Part shown: one piece after another, positions 52,838 to 62,568 of the stretch | Layout of the letters: each line of letters starts with the position of its first letter | How positions within the stretch are numbered: position 1 is the first letter of the stretch | Assembly: GCA_965656375.1 (NCBI GenBank) | Contig: CBFHKH010000001.1 | Span: 514,845 to 578,844, forward strand | Reading direction: 5' to 3' | Length of the DNA: 64,000 nucleotides | Source of the DNA: Minisyncoccia bacterium | Lineage (GTDB): Bacteria; Patescibacteriota; Minisyncoccia; Phycocordibacterales; UBA9973 | Notes under the pieces: generated by a model | Told to the model about the DNA's origin: nothing | The model's database searches: none | Seen by the model: the letters and a program-made list of their open reading frames with translations, nothing else | Made by a program: the position numbers and the translations under genes

Positions 52838-53281
52838 TTACCGTTTATATTCTCTTCGGATCTCCCGATCCGTATCACGTTTCTTTATGGTCTCTCGTTT
52901 GTCGTAATTTTTCTTTCCTTTTACAACTGCGAGTTCTACCTTAATGAGGCGCCCCTTACTATACAATGAGAGTGGGACCAAGGTCAAACCCTTTTTCTTG
53001 TCCTCATCTGCCAAGCGTTGTATTTGTTTCTTTGAAAGAAGAAGCTTCCTCGTACGAGTTGGATCATAGTCTGTAGGGGTATTACCAACTTGATAGGGCG
53101 GAATCTGCATGTTCATAAGGAACACTTCCCCACCACGAACAATTGCGAACGCACCTAGAAGTATAGCCCGCCCACCCTTGATAGACTTTACTTCAAATCC
53201 AAAAAGCTCAATACCTGCCTCGTATTTTTCAATCACTTCAAAATTAAAGTGAGCTTTTCTATTGTCAATCAATACGGTCAT
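52838..53281 (-). CDS. smpB: SsrA-binding protein
   Basis: 147 aa, ...KAHFNFEVIEKYEAGIELFGFEVKSIKGG..., with a basic C-terminal tail. Confidence 0.9.
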   Translation of the reverse strand: MTVLIDNRKAHFNFEVIEKYEAGIELFGFEVKSIKGGRAILLGAFAIVRGGEVFLMNMQIPPYQVGNTPTDYDPTRTRKLLLSKKQIQRLADEDKKKGLTLVPLSLYSKGRLIKVELAVVKGKKNYDKRETIKKRDTDREIRREYKR

Positions 53282-53710
53282 ATATCTATAGTATCATACT
53301 CTTTGCGCATACTTGGATAAAAAATAACCGACCCAAAAATGGAATCGGTATTTTAGTGATCAGAGGGATAATTTCTTATACAGTTTGTTTGCTTGTTCAA
53401 TTAAAAATTATTTTCTTTAATATCTTCATCTGGAGGAGAATTCAAATCTCTTATTAAAAGAAAAAGAAGGATTGGCAAGAAAATAGATAAATAGTGAGCA
53501 TTTTCCCTATAAAAGGAACTTAATAAAATAATGTTAACTGTCATTAGCGGTTAGTTTTGAATTTAAAATTGTTTTATTTAGTTATTTATACCACATTATT
53601 TTATATAAAGCAAATTTGAGAAATATAAAAAAATGCCGTCCAAAGAGCGGTAAGCCTGACGACATTTTTTGTATACCTCCGAACACTCGAAGCAAGGTAT
53701 AGTTTTGTGA

Positions 53711-53920
53711 TTAATTATGTACTTCTTCTATTCTTTTAAATCTTTTGAAAGCACTGTATATGCAAACACAAAAGAAATACATGCATGCCAGTATTACAAT
53801 TCCAGAAAGCATTCCCTCTCCGGTGAGATATACATGTGCAGCAATTGAAAGAATTACAAACAAAATAGCTTTCAAAATCCAGAGAACTCCCTGGAGTTTG
53901 TTTGATAACATTTTTTTCAT
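53711..53920 (-). CDS. small membrane protein
   Basis: 69 aa with two TM helices; weak. Confidence 0.3.
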   Translation of the reverse strand: MKKMLSNKLQGVLWILKAILFVILSIAAHVYLTGEGMLSGIVILACMYFFCVCIYSAFKRFKRIEEVHN

Positions 53921-54040
53921 AAAACAATTTTAATGATGAATTTAATGGATTTCCTTTAAATCAATACCAAATACTGTTCTGACGAAATATTAAAACAATT
54001 ATATCAGATTTACCTGTAAAAGTCAAGTAAAAAAGCCTTA

Positions 54041-54862
54041 TTAAGTAAGGCTTTTTATATCAGAAGCCGTATATTTCCCTACTTTTATGCGTTTTATAGA
54101 GTAAGTTACAAGAGGTACTCCTATCTTTTCTCCTATGTCATGTACAAGCTGACGGATATAAGTACCGCTAGAGCAGTGTATGATACACCTAAACAAAGTA
54201 AATTCTGTCTGATTAGATTCTTCAAATGTTCTATTCCATGCGTTCATAATTTCCTCTTGTCTGAAATCTCCATGTACGAGCCCTATGCGCCGCAATATCT
54301 CCTTTTGCAAATCATCTTTTGTAAATATCATCTCGCTAGTACACTGTAACGTATGAATCGTCACTTCATGTTCTGGAAGTATGTCAGGTAGAGTATCATC
54401 TTTGGAAAGCTGGAAGAGCTGTTTGCCTCCAACTGTCTTTGAAGAGAATGGTGGGTATTTTTGAGTCAAAGTTCCAATAAAAGACATTAGTATCTGAGCG
54501 AGGTCGGAGAGAGGATTTGAAACGGTCTGGCCGAGACCATCTGAGAATTTGGCGAGGAGATCCGAGGACCTTTCAAATCCTCTCTCCGACGTAATGACTT
54601 TTCCGAGCAAATCGTACGTATCAGTTTCAAACCCTACCAATATCTCAAACTCGTATGTCTTATCGAGGCCAAGGTATTTTTCCTTATTTTTGCATTCATC
54701 GCCAATAAGGAGGATCAGAATGCCTTCTGCCATTGGATCAAGCCTCCCTGCGTATGTCATAGGAATATCATTTTGTATACCGTATTCAAGTCTCGATCTT
54801 TCGAGACATTCAAGGGGTGTTTCCCCTAGATTTTTACAGGCGATGACCACAGATAGCGACAT
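54041..54862 (-). CDS. truB: tRNA pseudouridine(55) synthase
   Basis: Catalytic-Asp motif TYAGRLDPMAEGILILLIG and C-terminal GTYIRQLVHDIG. Confidence 0.85.
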   Translation of the reverse strand: MSLSVVIACKNLGETPLECLERSRLEYGIQNDIPMTYAGRLDPMAEGILILLIGDECKNKEKYLGLDKTYEFEILVGFETDTYDLLGKVITSERGFERSSDLLAKFSDGLGQTVSNPLSDLAQILMSFIGTLTQKYPPFSSKTVGGKQLFQLSKDDTLPDILPEHEVTIHTLQCTSEMIFTKDDLQKEILRRIGLVHGDFRQEEIMNAWNRTFEESNQTEFTLFRCIIHCSSGTYIRQLVHDIGEKIGVPLVTYSIKRIKVGKYTASDIKSLT

Positions 54863-54916
54863 ATTGCCATACTAGCATAGATATGCTAGTATTGTTCCAG
54901 GTAGGCTAGTCGTATC

Positions 54917-55480
54917 TTGCGTCCAAAGACAGAGGATATGCAATCTATTTATACTAGTGGCAATCATAATTTGAGAGAAAGAATCAACAATCAAATACGA
55001 GCTAATGAGATTCGCGTACTCTCGAGCACAGGTGAGAACCTCGGTGTTTTGAGTTTCAAAGAAGCATTTGCTCTTGCCCAGAAAGAAGGGCTTGATCTGA
55101 TTGAAATATCTCCCAATGCAAAGCCACCAATAGTAAAGATAGCCAACTACGGCAAATACCAATACGAGCAGAACAAGAAGCAAAAAAAAGCTAAGGCAGG
55201 TGCAAAGACAACTGAAACCAAATCTATCCAAATAAAGATAGGTACCGGTGACAACGACCTTGCGCTCAAAGCAAAGAAAGCTTCAGAATGGCTCAAGGAA
55301 GGTCACCGTATCAAAGTAGAGCTCTTCCTATCTGGCCGTTCGAAATTTATGCCAGACCCATTCTTGAAAGAACGCCTTGATCGTGTACTGCATCTCATTA
55401 CTGAGAATTTCAAGATTGCAGAAGATTACAAAAAAGGACCAAAGGGGCCAACCATTACTATAGAAAAAGATAAGAAATAA
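54917..55480 (+). CDS. infC: translation initiation factor IF-3
   Basis: INNQIRANEIRVLSSTGENLGVLSFKEAFALAQKEGLDLIEISPNAKPPIVKIANYGKYQYEQ; the true (possibly non-ATG) start is uncertain. Confidence 0.88.
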   Translation: MRPKTEDMQSIYTSGNHNLRERINNQIRANEIRVLSSTGENLGVLSFKEAFALAQKEGLDLIEISPNAKPPIVKIANYGKYQYEQNKKQKKAKAGAKTTETKSIQIKIGTGDNDLALKAKKASEWLKEGHRIKVELFLSGRSKFMPDPFLKERLDRVLHLITENFKIAEDYKKGPKGPTITIEKDKK

Positions 55481-55483
55481 TTT

Positions 55484-55678
55484 ATGAGTATCAAAACAAA
55501 CAAATCATTAACGAAGCGATTGAAGATCACAAAGAAGGGCAAAGTCCTCGCTCGAGCACCCGGTTTCAATCACTTTAATGCACGACAAACAAGAAAAAAA
55601 CAGCTCGGTGGCAAGAAAATGCAGAATTTCCCTATTTCAACAAAGAATGCTCGTACATATCTAGCAAACGCAAAGTAA
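55484..55678 (+). CDS. rpmI: 50S ribosomal protein L35
   Basis: 64 aa basic protein in the infC-rpmI-rplT arrangement. Confidence 0.88.
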   Translation: MSIKTNKSLTKRLKITKKGKVLARAPGFNHFNARQTRKKQLGGKKMQNFPISTKNARTYLANAK

Positions 55679-55770
55679 TTATAAATATTAAAAGTTACGC
55701 GAATTATATTCTTTCCTCGGGTAAAGTCACCAGACCGGCCCGGAAATAAAATAATTCGCTCCACAATATC

Positions 55771-56112
55771 ATGACAAGAGTAAAAAGAGGAACAATGAAA
55801 AATAAGCGTCGAAAGAATATCTTGGTACAGACCAAGGGATTCCGTTTCGGACGCAGTACAAAGGTTGCACAGGCAACAGAAGCCCTTGCTCATGCAGGAG
55901 CATATTCATTCGCTCACAGAAAAGACAAGAAAGCAGATGCTCGAGCACTCTGGACTACTCGTATTAACGCAGCAGCTCGCCCACAAGGAATTTCATACAG
56001 TAAGCTTATCGATGGACTTGCAAAGAAAAAGATCAGCCTTGATCGCAAAATCCTCGCTGACCTTGCAGAAAACAACCCTGAAACGTTTGCTCGAGTCGTA
56101 AAAAGCATCTAA
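55771..56112 (+). CDS. rplT: 50S ribosomal protein L20
   Basis: MTRVKRGTMKNKRRKNILVQTKGFRFGRS...; 113 aa. Confidence 0.9.
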   Translation: MTRVKRGTMKNKRRKNILVQTKGFRFGRSTKVAQATEALAHAGAYSFAHRKDKKADARALWTTRINAAARPQGISYSKLIDGLAKKKISLDRKILADLAENNPETFARVVKSI

Positions 56113-56124
56113 CTTAAAAATAAA

Positions 56125-56155
56125 AAATCCCTTCAATTGAAGGGATTTTTTATTG
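56125..56155. terminator. bidirectional terminator
   Basis: AAATCCCTTCAATTGAAGGGATTT with flanking T/A runs. Confidence 0.65.
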
Positions 56156-59068
56156 GGCTGGTTCGTCAGATGCCGGACTCTCCACCGGTGGAACAGCGGT
56201 TCCTTCTGAGCCTCCATCAGCTTCTGGAGCGATTTGATCTTCTACACACGTACTTCCATCGAGATGATAGCCAGATGGAACCGCTGCCTGATCGCCATCG
56301 ATGTTTGGACACATATCTGTAGCTTGTGGGGTGTCTCCACCTCCGCCGTTTCTCGTATTTGTATTATTGCTGAGCATCTGTAGAAGTTCTGCTTTTGTTA
56401 CACAAACATCCTCAAGACAAAGTTTCTTTGTATGCACTTCGCCAAAGAATACAATTTCTATACCATTGCCTATATCTGCTAGGAATTCTTTAATGAGAGA
56501 ACCAAGTGAGGCTTCGTTTGTAGTATCAAGTGATGAGAGTCCTTCGATCCTAATATTCATCTCCCTCACCGCACCCACCACATATGGCATGAGACCACTC
56601 ATGTTTAAGAACTTGCGGGTGGTGCCATCGATCCAGGTATGATCTGTAACGAGGTCTGGGAATTGAGTAGCGACTTCTTGAGCGATGAATCCGTACTGGA
56701 GTGGTGCGGATGTGCCTTCAGTGAGCCAGTGGTATGAGACGGGGTTGAGGGATGAGATCTTGGAAAGGAGATCTGATGTTGAGAGTGAGGTAACATCTTT
56801 CTTGAGGGTGAGGTCTGAACCGCAGGTTGGGGCTCCAGTGTTTGCATTGAAGTCACAGACTGAGTTTGTGTCTTGTAATCTCATGAGTGTGGTGCCGTCA
56901 GTGATGGATGAGGAGCCTACGTGGAGGAGGAAGCCGGGGGTTTGCTGGTTGATGCCGACGTTACCGTTTAACATGATGTTTTGTGAAGCAACTGAGGCGT
57001 TCTGCTGGATGTAGATTGGGGAGGCTGTTTGGTCGCCGGTGTAATCTGCTCGATCGAGTGAGTTAATGAATATTTGGTTTGAAGCGGTTGTAGTATACCT
57101 ACCTGCTACTGCACCAATTGCTACATTTGCAGTACCTGTTGTATTGTTAATTAAACTTCTATCTCCAATTGCCGTATTAGCATGAGCCTCGTTGTTGTAA
57201 AGAGTGTTTCGTCCAACTCCTACATTCTCAGATCCAGAAACATTGAATCTTAATGATTCTGCTCCGATGGCTATATTTGCTGTACCGTCAATATTAGCAA
57301 GGAGGGCACTCCGTCCAAATGCAGCATTAGCTTGACCTACTGTATTAGCTTTTAGAGCACCAGTACCAAATGCTGCATTATTAATAGATCCATTTACAAG
57401 CAATGCTTCATAACCGAAACTAGTACTATTTGTTGTTAGATCAATATAACCACTTTTCAAATTATTAGCTTTAAACATCAACCCCACATTATTAGTAGTA
57501 CCGATAAAATTAGTTCCTGGTGTTGTCCCTGCATTACCTGTTAAGGCCCATCCAGTTGGAAGCGTTATCCATGTTGGAGGAAGTCCTGCCCCTCCGCTTG
57601 TGAGAATTTGCCCTGCTGTACCAGGCAGATTATTCGGCATGAGTGCACCAGAGAAATTAATGTTGCCTGTGACATTGAGCTTTTGTCCGCCTGCAGTTGC
57701 ACTTCCGATGGTAACGTTACCTCGAACAGTATGCGAAGGGCTTAATCCCAAGAATATTTCTCCATCCCCACCTGCACCGTTACCAAGACCCGAGACGATA
57801 TATATGTTACCTCCCGCAGCTCCTCCGGTACTACCTGCATTACCTGCTTTTAGAGCAGCATAACCAGCAGAACCGCCTGATGTACCTCCGCCACCATTTC
57901 CCCCTTGAATTTCGACATATCCTCCAACCCCACCAAATGTAGTTCCCAAACCGCCATCTCCACCGAGAATAGTAATGCGTCCTCCGGCTCCGCCGATTCC
58001 TGTTGTTGGTGATCCTGTTATATTACCGCCATTCCCTGCGAGAATATCTATTGCGCCTGCATTGCCTCCGCTAACAGTCCCGGTATTATATGATGTTGCG
58101 CCGCCTGCACCACCTTGTATTTTGAGGGGCGAGCTAGCAGTAGTACCGTCTGAACCTGATACTGCACTTTGAGCAGCTTGGAATACATGGAGTAGGGCTG
58201 TCGGACTTGTTGTTCCGATACCAACATTGCCACCAATTCCAGGCACAAGTGCTATATGCGTCGATGCACCAGAGGTGATTGAACCGACGTTCGGAGTGTT
58301 CGCGAAATAGATACCGTAATTATTCGTCGCTGCAGTAAGACCATTTATATACAGGCCATACTGATCTGTAACACTACTACCACCAGATACGGAAACATCG
58401 CGCAGATCAATGTGTTTTAAAATCGTTGTGATTGCACCACCGGTCACCGAAGGACCTGTCTGATACTCGACCTGGTTTGCTACTGTGCCTGATGCTGCTC
58501 CGTGATTACTTTGAGTCGCCAGACTGACAATACTGCTCGGGAGATTAGTGATTCCAGATAATGTAACTGCAATATTCTGGCCAAGGATCGCTCCACCAGC
58601 ACCCGCGCCGCTTCCCGCAGTCAATCCTATTTTTGATCCGTATAAAACGCCACCGTTCATACTGCTTACAGTGGCCGCTATATTTGAAACAGTACTTCCG
58701 TTGCTTGTGATGGTTCCGGCGATGTCTAGTTTAGAGCTAGGGTTTGTCACTCCTATCCCTACATTGCCTGTATTGTAGTAAATATCCGAGCCATTTGTGA
58801 TCCACTGGCTACTACCTGAAAGAGCTACCCAGCTCGTCACACTTCCGTCTGTCATGAGGAACTTGCCAGTATTACCTGTTTGATCAGGAAGAATCTGAAC
58901 GAAACAATTCGTATCTCCAGGCGCACAGGAAGGATCAAGAGTCTCTCCTGCCTGATAGGGAGAGCCTGGTGGTGTAGCAAAAACAGAAATATATGCACCA
59001 AAAAGGAGTACGAAGAGAAACCCAGTCAAAAGTTTTGGATAGCGAAATGTAGATTTCTTCATATACAT
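56150..59068 (-). CDS. secreted glycine-rich tail-fibre-like protein with C-terminal intramolecular-chaperone (peptidase S74-type) domain
   Basis: Signal peptide; about 600 aa of Gly/Ala/Asn/Thr-rich repeats (GGAGGATSYNTGTVSGGNAG..., NAAFG/NIAIG/NVGVG repeats). C-terminal ...DLTLKKDVTSLSTSDLLSKISSLNPVSYHW...YGFIAQEV... resembles tail-spike autoproteolytic chaperone domains. Confidence 0.7.
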   Translation of the reverse strand: MYMKKSTFRYPKLLTGFLFVLLFGAYISVFATPPGSPYQAGETLDPSCAPGDTNCFVQILPDQTGNTGKFLMTDGSVTSWVALSGSSQWITNGSDIYYNTGNVGIGVTNPSSKLDIAGTITSNGSTVSNIAATVSSMNGGVLYGSKIGLTAGSGAGAGGAILGQNIAVTLSGITNLPSSIVSLATQSNHGAASGTVANQVEYQTGPSVTGGAITTILKHIDLRDVSVSGGSSVTDQYGLYINGLTAATNNYGIYFANTPNVGSITSGASTHIALVPGIGGNVGIGTTSPTALLHVFQAAQSAVSGSDGTTASSPLKIQGGAGGATSYNTGTVSGGNAGAIDILAGNGGNITGSPTTGIGGAGGRITILGGDGGLGTTFGGVGGYVEIQGGNGGGGTSGGSAGYAALKAGNAGSTGGAAGGNIYIVSGLGNGAGGDGEIFLGLSPSHTVRGNVTIGSATAGGQKLNVTGNINFSGALMPNNLPGTAGQILTSGGAGLPPTWITLPTGWALTGNAGTTPGTNFIGTTNNVGLMFKANNLKSGYIDLTTNSTSFGYEALLVNGSINNAAFGTGALKANTVGQANAAFGRSALLANIDGTANIAIGAESLRFNVSGSENVGVGRNTLYNNEAHANTAIGDRSLINNTTGTANVAIGAVAGRYTTTASNQIFINSLDRADYTGDQTASPIYIQQNASVASQNIMLNGNVGINQQTPGFLLHVGSSSITDGTTLMRLQDTNSVCDFNANTGAPTCGSDLTLKKDVTSLSTSDLLSKISSLNPVSYHWLTEGTSAPLQYGFIAQEVATQFPDLVTDHTWIDGTTRKFLNMSGLMPYVVGAVREMNIRIEGLSSLDTTNEASLGSLIKEFLADIGNGIEIVFFGEVHTKKLCLEDVCVTKAELLQMLSNNTNTRNGGGGDTPQATDMCPNIDGDQAAVPSGYHLDGSTCVEDQIAPEADGGSEGTAVPPVESPASDEPAQ

Positions 59069-59092
59069 ATAGTATATAGTAAAACCGAAAAT

Positions 59093-60463
59093 TTAGCATT
59101 CAAGCATAACTGATTCTCCGGCATCAGGAGAATGCACCTTGATGCCAAGATTGTCATGCAATTTCTGAGCAAGGAAAAGTGATGATTTTGGCTCTCCCAT
59201 GACCACAAAAGCTTTCTTGAGATTTTTTGCCATATGACTTACGAATTCTACCAAGTGATCAGAGTCTTTATGTCCGGAGTAACCGCTGATCATCTCTATA
59301 CGTGCACGAACTTTTACATCTTCACCTTGGATGTGTACAGTTTTCGCTCCATCTTCGATCAAGCGCCCAAGGGTACCGGCTGACTGATACCCAGTAAGAA
59401 GGATTGTATTGTTTGGATCAGGTAAATAATTCTTCTCGTGATGTATGATACGTCCACCATTCGACATCCCAGATCCAGCCATGATGATTTTCGGGTTCGA
59501 TGCTTTGAGTATCGCTTTTGATTCTTCGGTATCTGCTGTCTCCTGTAGTCCAGGAAATTCAAAGATAGGATCTCCTCCATCAATGATCTTCCGCGCAGTA
59601 GCATTAAAATATTTTCCATATTTAAGATAGATATCAGTAAGCTTAATCGCAAGTGGCGAATCGAGGAACATTGTCATCTCTGGAATCTCTTTTGCATGGA
59701 GTAGTGTGTCTATCTCGTAGAGAAGCTCTTGGGTACGCTCCAGTGAAAAAGTAGGAACGATAAGGGTGCCCTTTCTCTTGTAATTATCATTGATGACTTG
59801 TGCAAGTTTGTCTTTGCGAATTTTGCGGTCTTCATGATTGCGGTCACCATATACAGACTCCATGATGAGATAGTCTGCATCAGTAATGATTTCTGTATCG
59901 CGAAGAAGCGGTGAAGGAGAATTACCGAGATCACCGGTAAAAACGATCTTCTTGCCGTTGTACATCACCTCGAGCATTCCGGAACCCAAGATGTGGCCTG
60001 CGTCTTTATAGGAAAATTGGAATCCGTGATCGATATTGAGCTTCTGTCCGTACTCGAGGGTTTCCCACATATCCATCGCGCGCTTTATATTCTCCCCCGT
60101 ATAGATCTCACCCAAATTATTCTTTTTATCGTGTGAAAGCAAATGTGCAGTATCCTCGAGCATAACCGCGGTGATATCTTTTGTTGGGATAGTTGAGTAG
60201 ATCTTACCTCGAAAGCCCTCGCTTATAAGCTTCGGAATACGTCCAATGTGATCGATATGACCGTGTGTTATAAAAAGAATGTCTATTTCACTTACTGGGT
60301 ATGAGAATTTTTCCCAGTTTATCTCGTCAGCAAGGCTTTCCCCTTGTACGAGCCCGCAGTCGATAAGGAATTTCTTACCATTGCCTTCGAGGAGGAAGTT
60401 CGCGCCTGTTACCGTGCCTGCTCCCGAGCAGAAAGTGACTTTCAGTGTATGATCAGTTTGCAT
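59093..60463 (-). CDS. RNase J-like metallo-beta-lactamase/beta-CASP ribonuclease
   Basis: HxHxDH motif FITHGHIDHIG with further MBL and beta-CASP motifs; start placed at MQTDHTLKV. Confidence 0.75.
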   Translation of the reverse strand: MQTDHTLKVTFCSGAGTVTGANFLLEGNGKKFLIDCGLVQGESLADEINWEKFSYPVSEIDILFITHGHIDHIGRIPKLISEGFRGKIYSTIPTKDITAVMLEDTAHLLSHDKKNNLGEIYTGENIKRAMDMWETLEYGQKLNIDHGFQFSYKDAGHILGSGMLEVMYNGKKIVFTGDLGNSPSPLLRDTEIITDADYLIMESVYGDRNHEDRKIRKDKLAQVINDNYKRKGTLIVPTFSLERTQELLYEIDTLLHAKEIPEMTMFLDSPLAIKLTDIYLKYGKYFNATARKIIDGGDPIFEFPGLQETADTEESKAILKASNPKIIMAGSGMSNGGRIIHHEKNYLPDPNNTILLTGYQSAGTLGRLIEDGAKTVHIQGEDVKVRARIEMISGYSGHKDSDHLVEFVSHMAKNLKKAFVVMGEPKSSLFLAQKLHDNLGIKVHSPDAGESVMLEC

Positions 60464-60763
60464 ATAGGCTTTATTATACATGAATATAATAAAAAATCCT
60501 TCTATTTTCATAGAAGAATTGCTTATTAGGACTATTCAAGAGATATTACCATAGCGGAACGCTACGTGGGACCAAGGATACTACAGATTTGTTCACATTA
60601 ATAACGTTACAGCACGGTAGTAAAACTCTTTGTCCCCTATAAAATGTGTTCTAGGTAATACGTCTCAAATAACCCTACCTTGAGTATACTCGTGTGAGCG
60701 AAGTCTGCAAGTAAATTTACAAAACAGCACACTTTTGACAAGAGTTCAAATCAAGTCTAGAGA

Positions 60764-61420
60764 TTAGATTTCAAAATTTTTCAATTCTTCGATTATTTTC
60801 GCTACAGATTCATCAGTAATATCTTCAGGTTTGATGTTTGATTGCAAGAAAATCTGTTTTTCAATTTCGAAAATATTTTTTGCATAAAAATTCTTCTTTT
60901 CTTCATCAAAAGCCCTTCCTGTATCTTTGTATCGCTTATAAGCTTCTATGTTTCTCTCTTCAATAGACACGATTCCATGCGGAGTGACTCGATCATCAGC
61001 ATATATACTGATTTTTCTACCAAAATTATCACCTGTAACTATACTTTCTATATAAGTAGCATCTACATGTTTTGCAAGATCAAGCACAATAGAAGATGTT
61101 CTAAGTTCTTTAATAATAGCGATAGTTGCTTCATGCTCTTTTTCTCCATATTTTGTAAAATATTCTTGTTGAATATCCTGCCAATATTCTAATCCTTGTG
61201 GCTCTAGAAATCCGGGAAAGTTCTGTTTAGTATATGACAGATTGAACTTTATAATATTACCCATATCATGCATCAAGCATGCAGTCACTACAGATTTCGT
61301 ATCAATATCTTGATCTAGAGACTCGCAAACCTGTCTCGCTACAGCTGCAACTCGCAACTGATGCAACTGTAGCTGTGGCATTATTTTATATTCTTCATAT
61401 ATATCTGTAATTTTCCGCAT
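60764..61420 (-). CDS. HD-domain phosphohydrolase
   Basis: H...HD motif: HQLRVAAVAR ... LMHDMGN. Confidence 0.65.
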   Translation of the reverse strand: MRKITDIYEEYKIMPQLQLHQLRVAAVARQVCESLDQDIDTKSVVTACLMHDMGNIIKFNLSYTKQNFPGFLEPQGLEYWQDIQQEYFTKYGEKEHEATIAIIKELRTSSIVLDLAKHVDATYIESIVTGDNFGRKISIYADDRVTPHGIVSIEERNIEAYKRYKDTGRAFDEEKKNFYAKNIFEIEKQIFLQSNIKPEDITDESVAKIIEELKNFEI

Positions 61421-61425
61421 GAATT

Positions 61426-61965
61426 TTAAAATCTCATATTATTCCAATCAAGACCATAACGCTCGCGGATGAGTTTTGTCTCTCCTTGTGAAAGTGCTTC
61501 ATGATTTTCTAATTCAAGAAGTTTAATAGCGTGACCAACATGCTCTTCACTATTCCCTTCAATCTCTAAATACGCAGGCATTCCAGGATACTGATCAAGA
61601 TCGAAATTCCAGCTCTCAAATGAGAAAGAGATTCTATCTTTTTCTTGATGGGCATAGTGTACAAATCCCACTGCTTCAAGAAGAGATTTTGCATTTTCAA
61701 AATCAGAAACATCTATATTTATTTCTTGAGATTGGCGGGTATTACCAACAATCGTTTCTAGTGATTTCCAACTAATTTCGGCCTTACCATCAGATGTTTT
61801 TCGAACTCTTAAATACCATGGATGAGTAGTGTCGAGCGCATTCTTTGGGCAATACCAGTCGACAAAGAGACGTACGTCTTGAGTCTGATTTGCTCCTAAA
61901 TTTTTTAGTTTTTCTAAAACTTTTCCAGTATTAATTTCCAGAATTTTCGTTTCTATTTCGTGCAT
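61426..61965 (-). CDS. CYTH-domain protein
   Basis: N-terminal MHEIETKIL (ExExK); about 180 aa. Confidence 0.55.
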   Translation of the reverse strand: MHEIETKILEINTGKVLEKLKNLGANQTQDVRLFVDWYCPKNALDTTHPWYLRVRKTSDGKAEISWKSLETIVGNTRQSQEINIDVSDFENAKSLLEAVGFVHYAHQEKDRISFSFESWNFDLDQYPGMPAYLEIEGNSEEHVGHAIKLLELENHEALSQGETKLIRERYGLDWNNMRF

Positions 61966-61968
61966 AAA

Positions 61969-62520
61969 TTATTTCATTCCATACTTTTCAAAAAGCATGA
62001 TGTCGTATTTACCATCAATTACCCGATCTTCTTCTTGGATACCAAACTCTTCCAGAAATTTAAAAAGCTCTTCCTGAACTTTCATTCGCTCTTCAGGTTT
62101 TGTAAGATCAATAATTTTTTCAGCTTCAATAAAATCTCCGAGATTTTCTACAGTATCTAATACGATTTCTACACCCTGATACATTGTTTTGATTCTTTTC
62201 TTATCTACGGTGGGAACTTGCTTATATCCTAAAAAGTGAAAAACTTCCAACATCTTATCTCCATCAGAAATCTCAAACTCACGTTCTATACAATCTTGTC
62301 TACTTGATTGTGGAATCTTTAAAGTGAAAAAACTCGTACCGTTTTCCTTTCGTACTCGCAAAACTGGCACACCCAATGCGGGTGGAAAAATTGAATCTCC
62401 AGGTATAAAAATATAGTCTACTTGGTGCAATTCTTCAGAAAAAATGCACCCCTTTGATTTAAGCAAATCTTGCACTACTTTTTTATCCTTAAGTCTAGCT
62501 TTTACTTCAACTTCATACAT
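61969..62520 (-). CDS. CYTH-domain protein
   Basis: N-terminal MYEVEVKARL (ExExK); about 180 aa. Confidence 0.55.
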   Translation of the reverse strand: MYEVEVKARLKDKKVVQDLLKSKGCIFSEELHQVDYIFIPGDSIFPPALGVPVLRVRKENGTSFFTLKIPQSSRQDCIEREFEISDGDKMLEVFHFLGYKQVPTVDKKRIKTMYQGVEIVLDTVENLGDFIEAEKIIDLTKPEERMKVQEELFKFLEEFGIQEEDRVIDGKYDIMLFEKYGMK

Positions 62521-62568
62521 ACTGCTTACTATAACATAAAATCCCCTTTCGGGGATTTTATTAATTAT

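Noticed and set aside
56301-58800. Gly/Ala-rich repeat DNA considered as a possible CRISPR or tandem-repeat array
   Set aside because: The repeats are imperfect, of variable length, and sit in frame within one long ORF with a signal peptide and a conserved C-terminal domain, so they are protein-level repeats rather than a CRISPR array.
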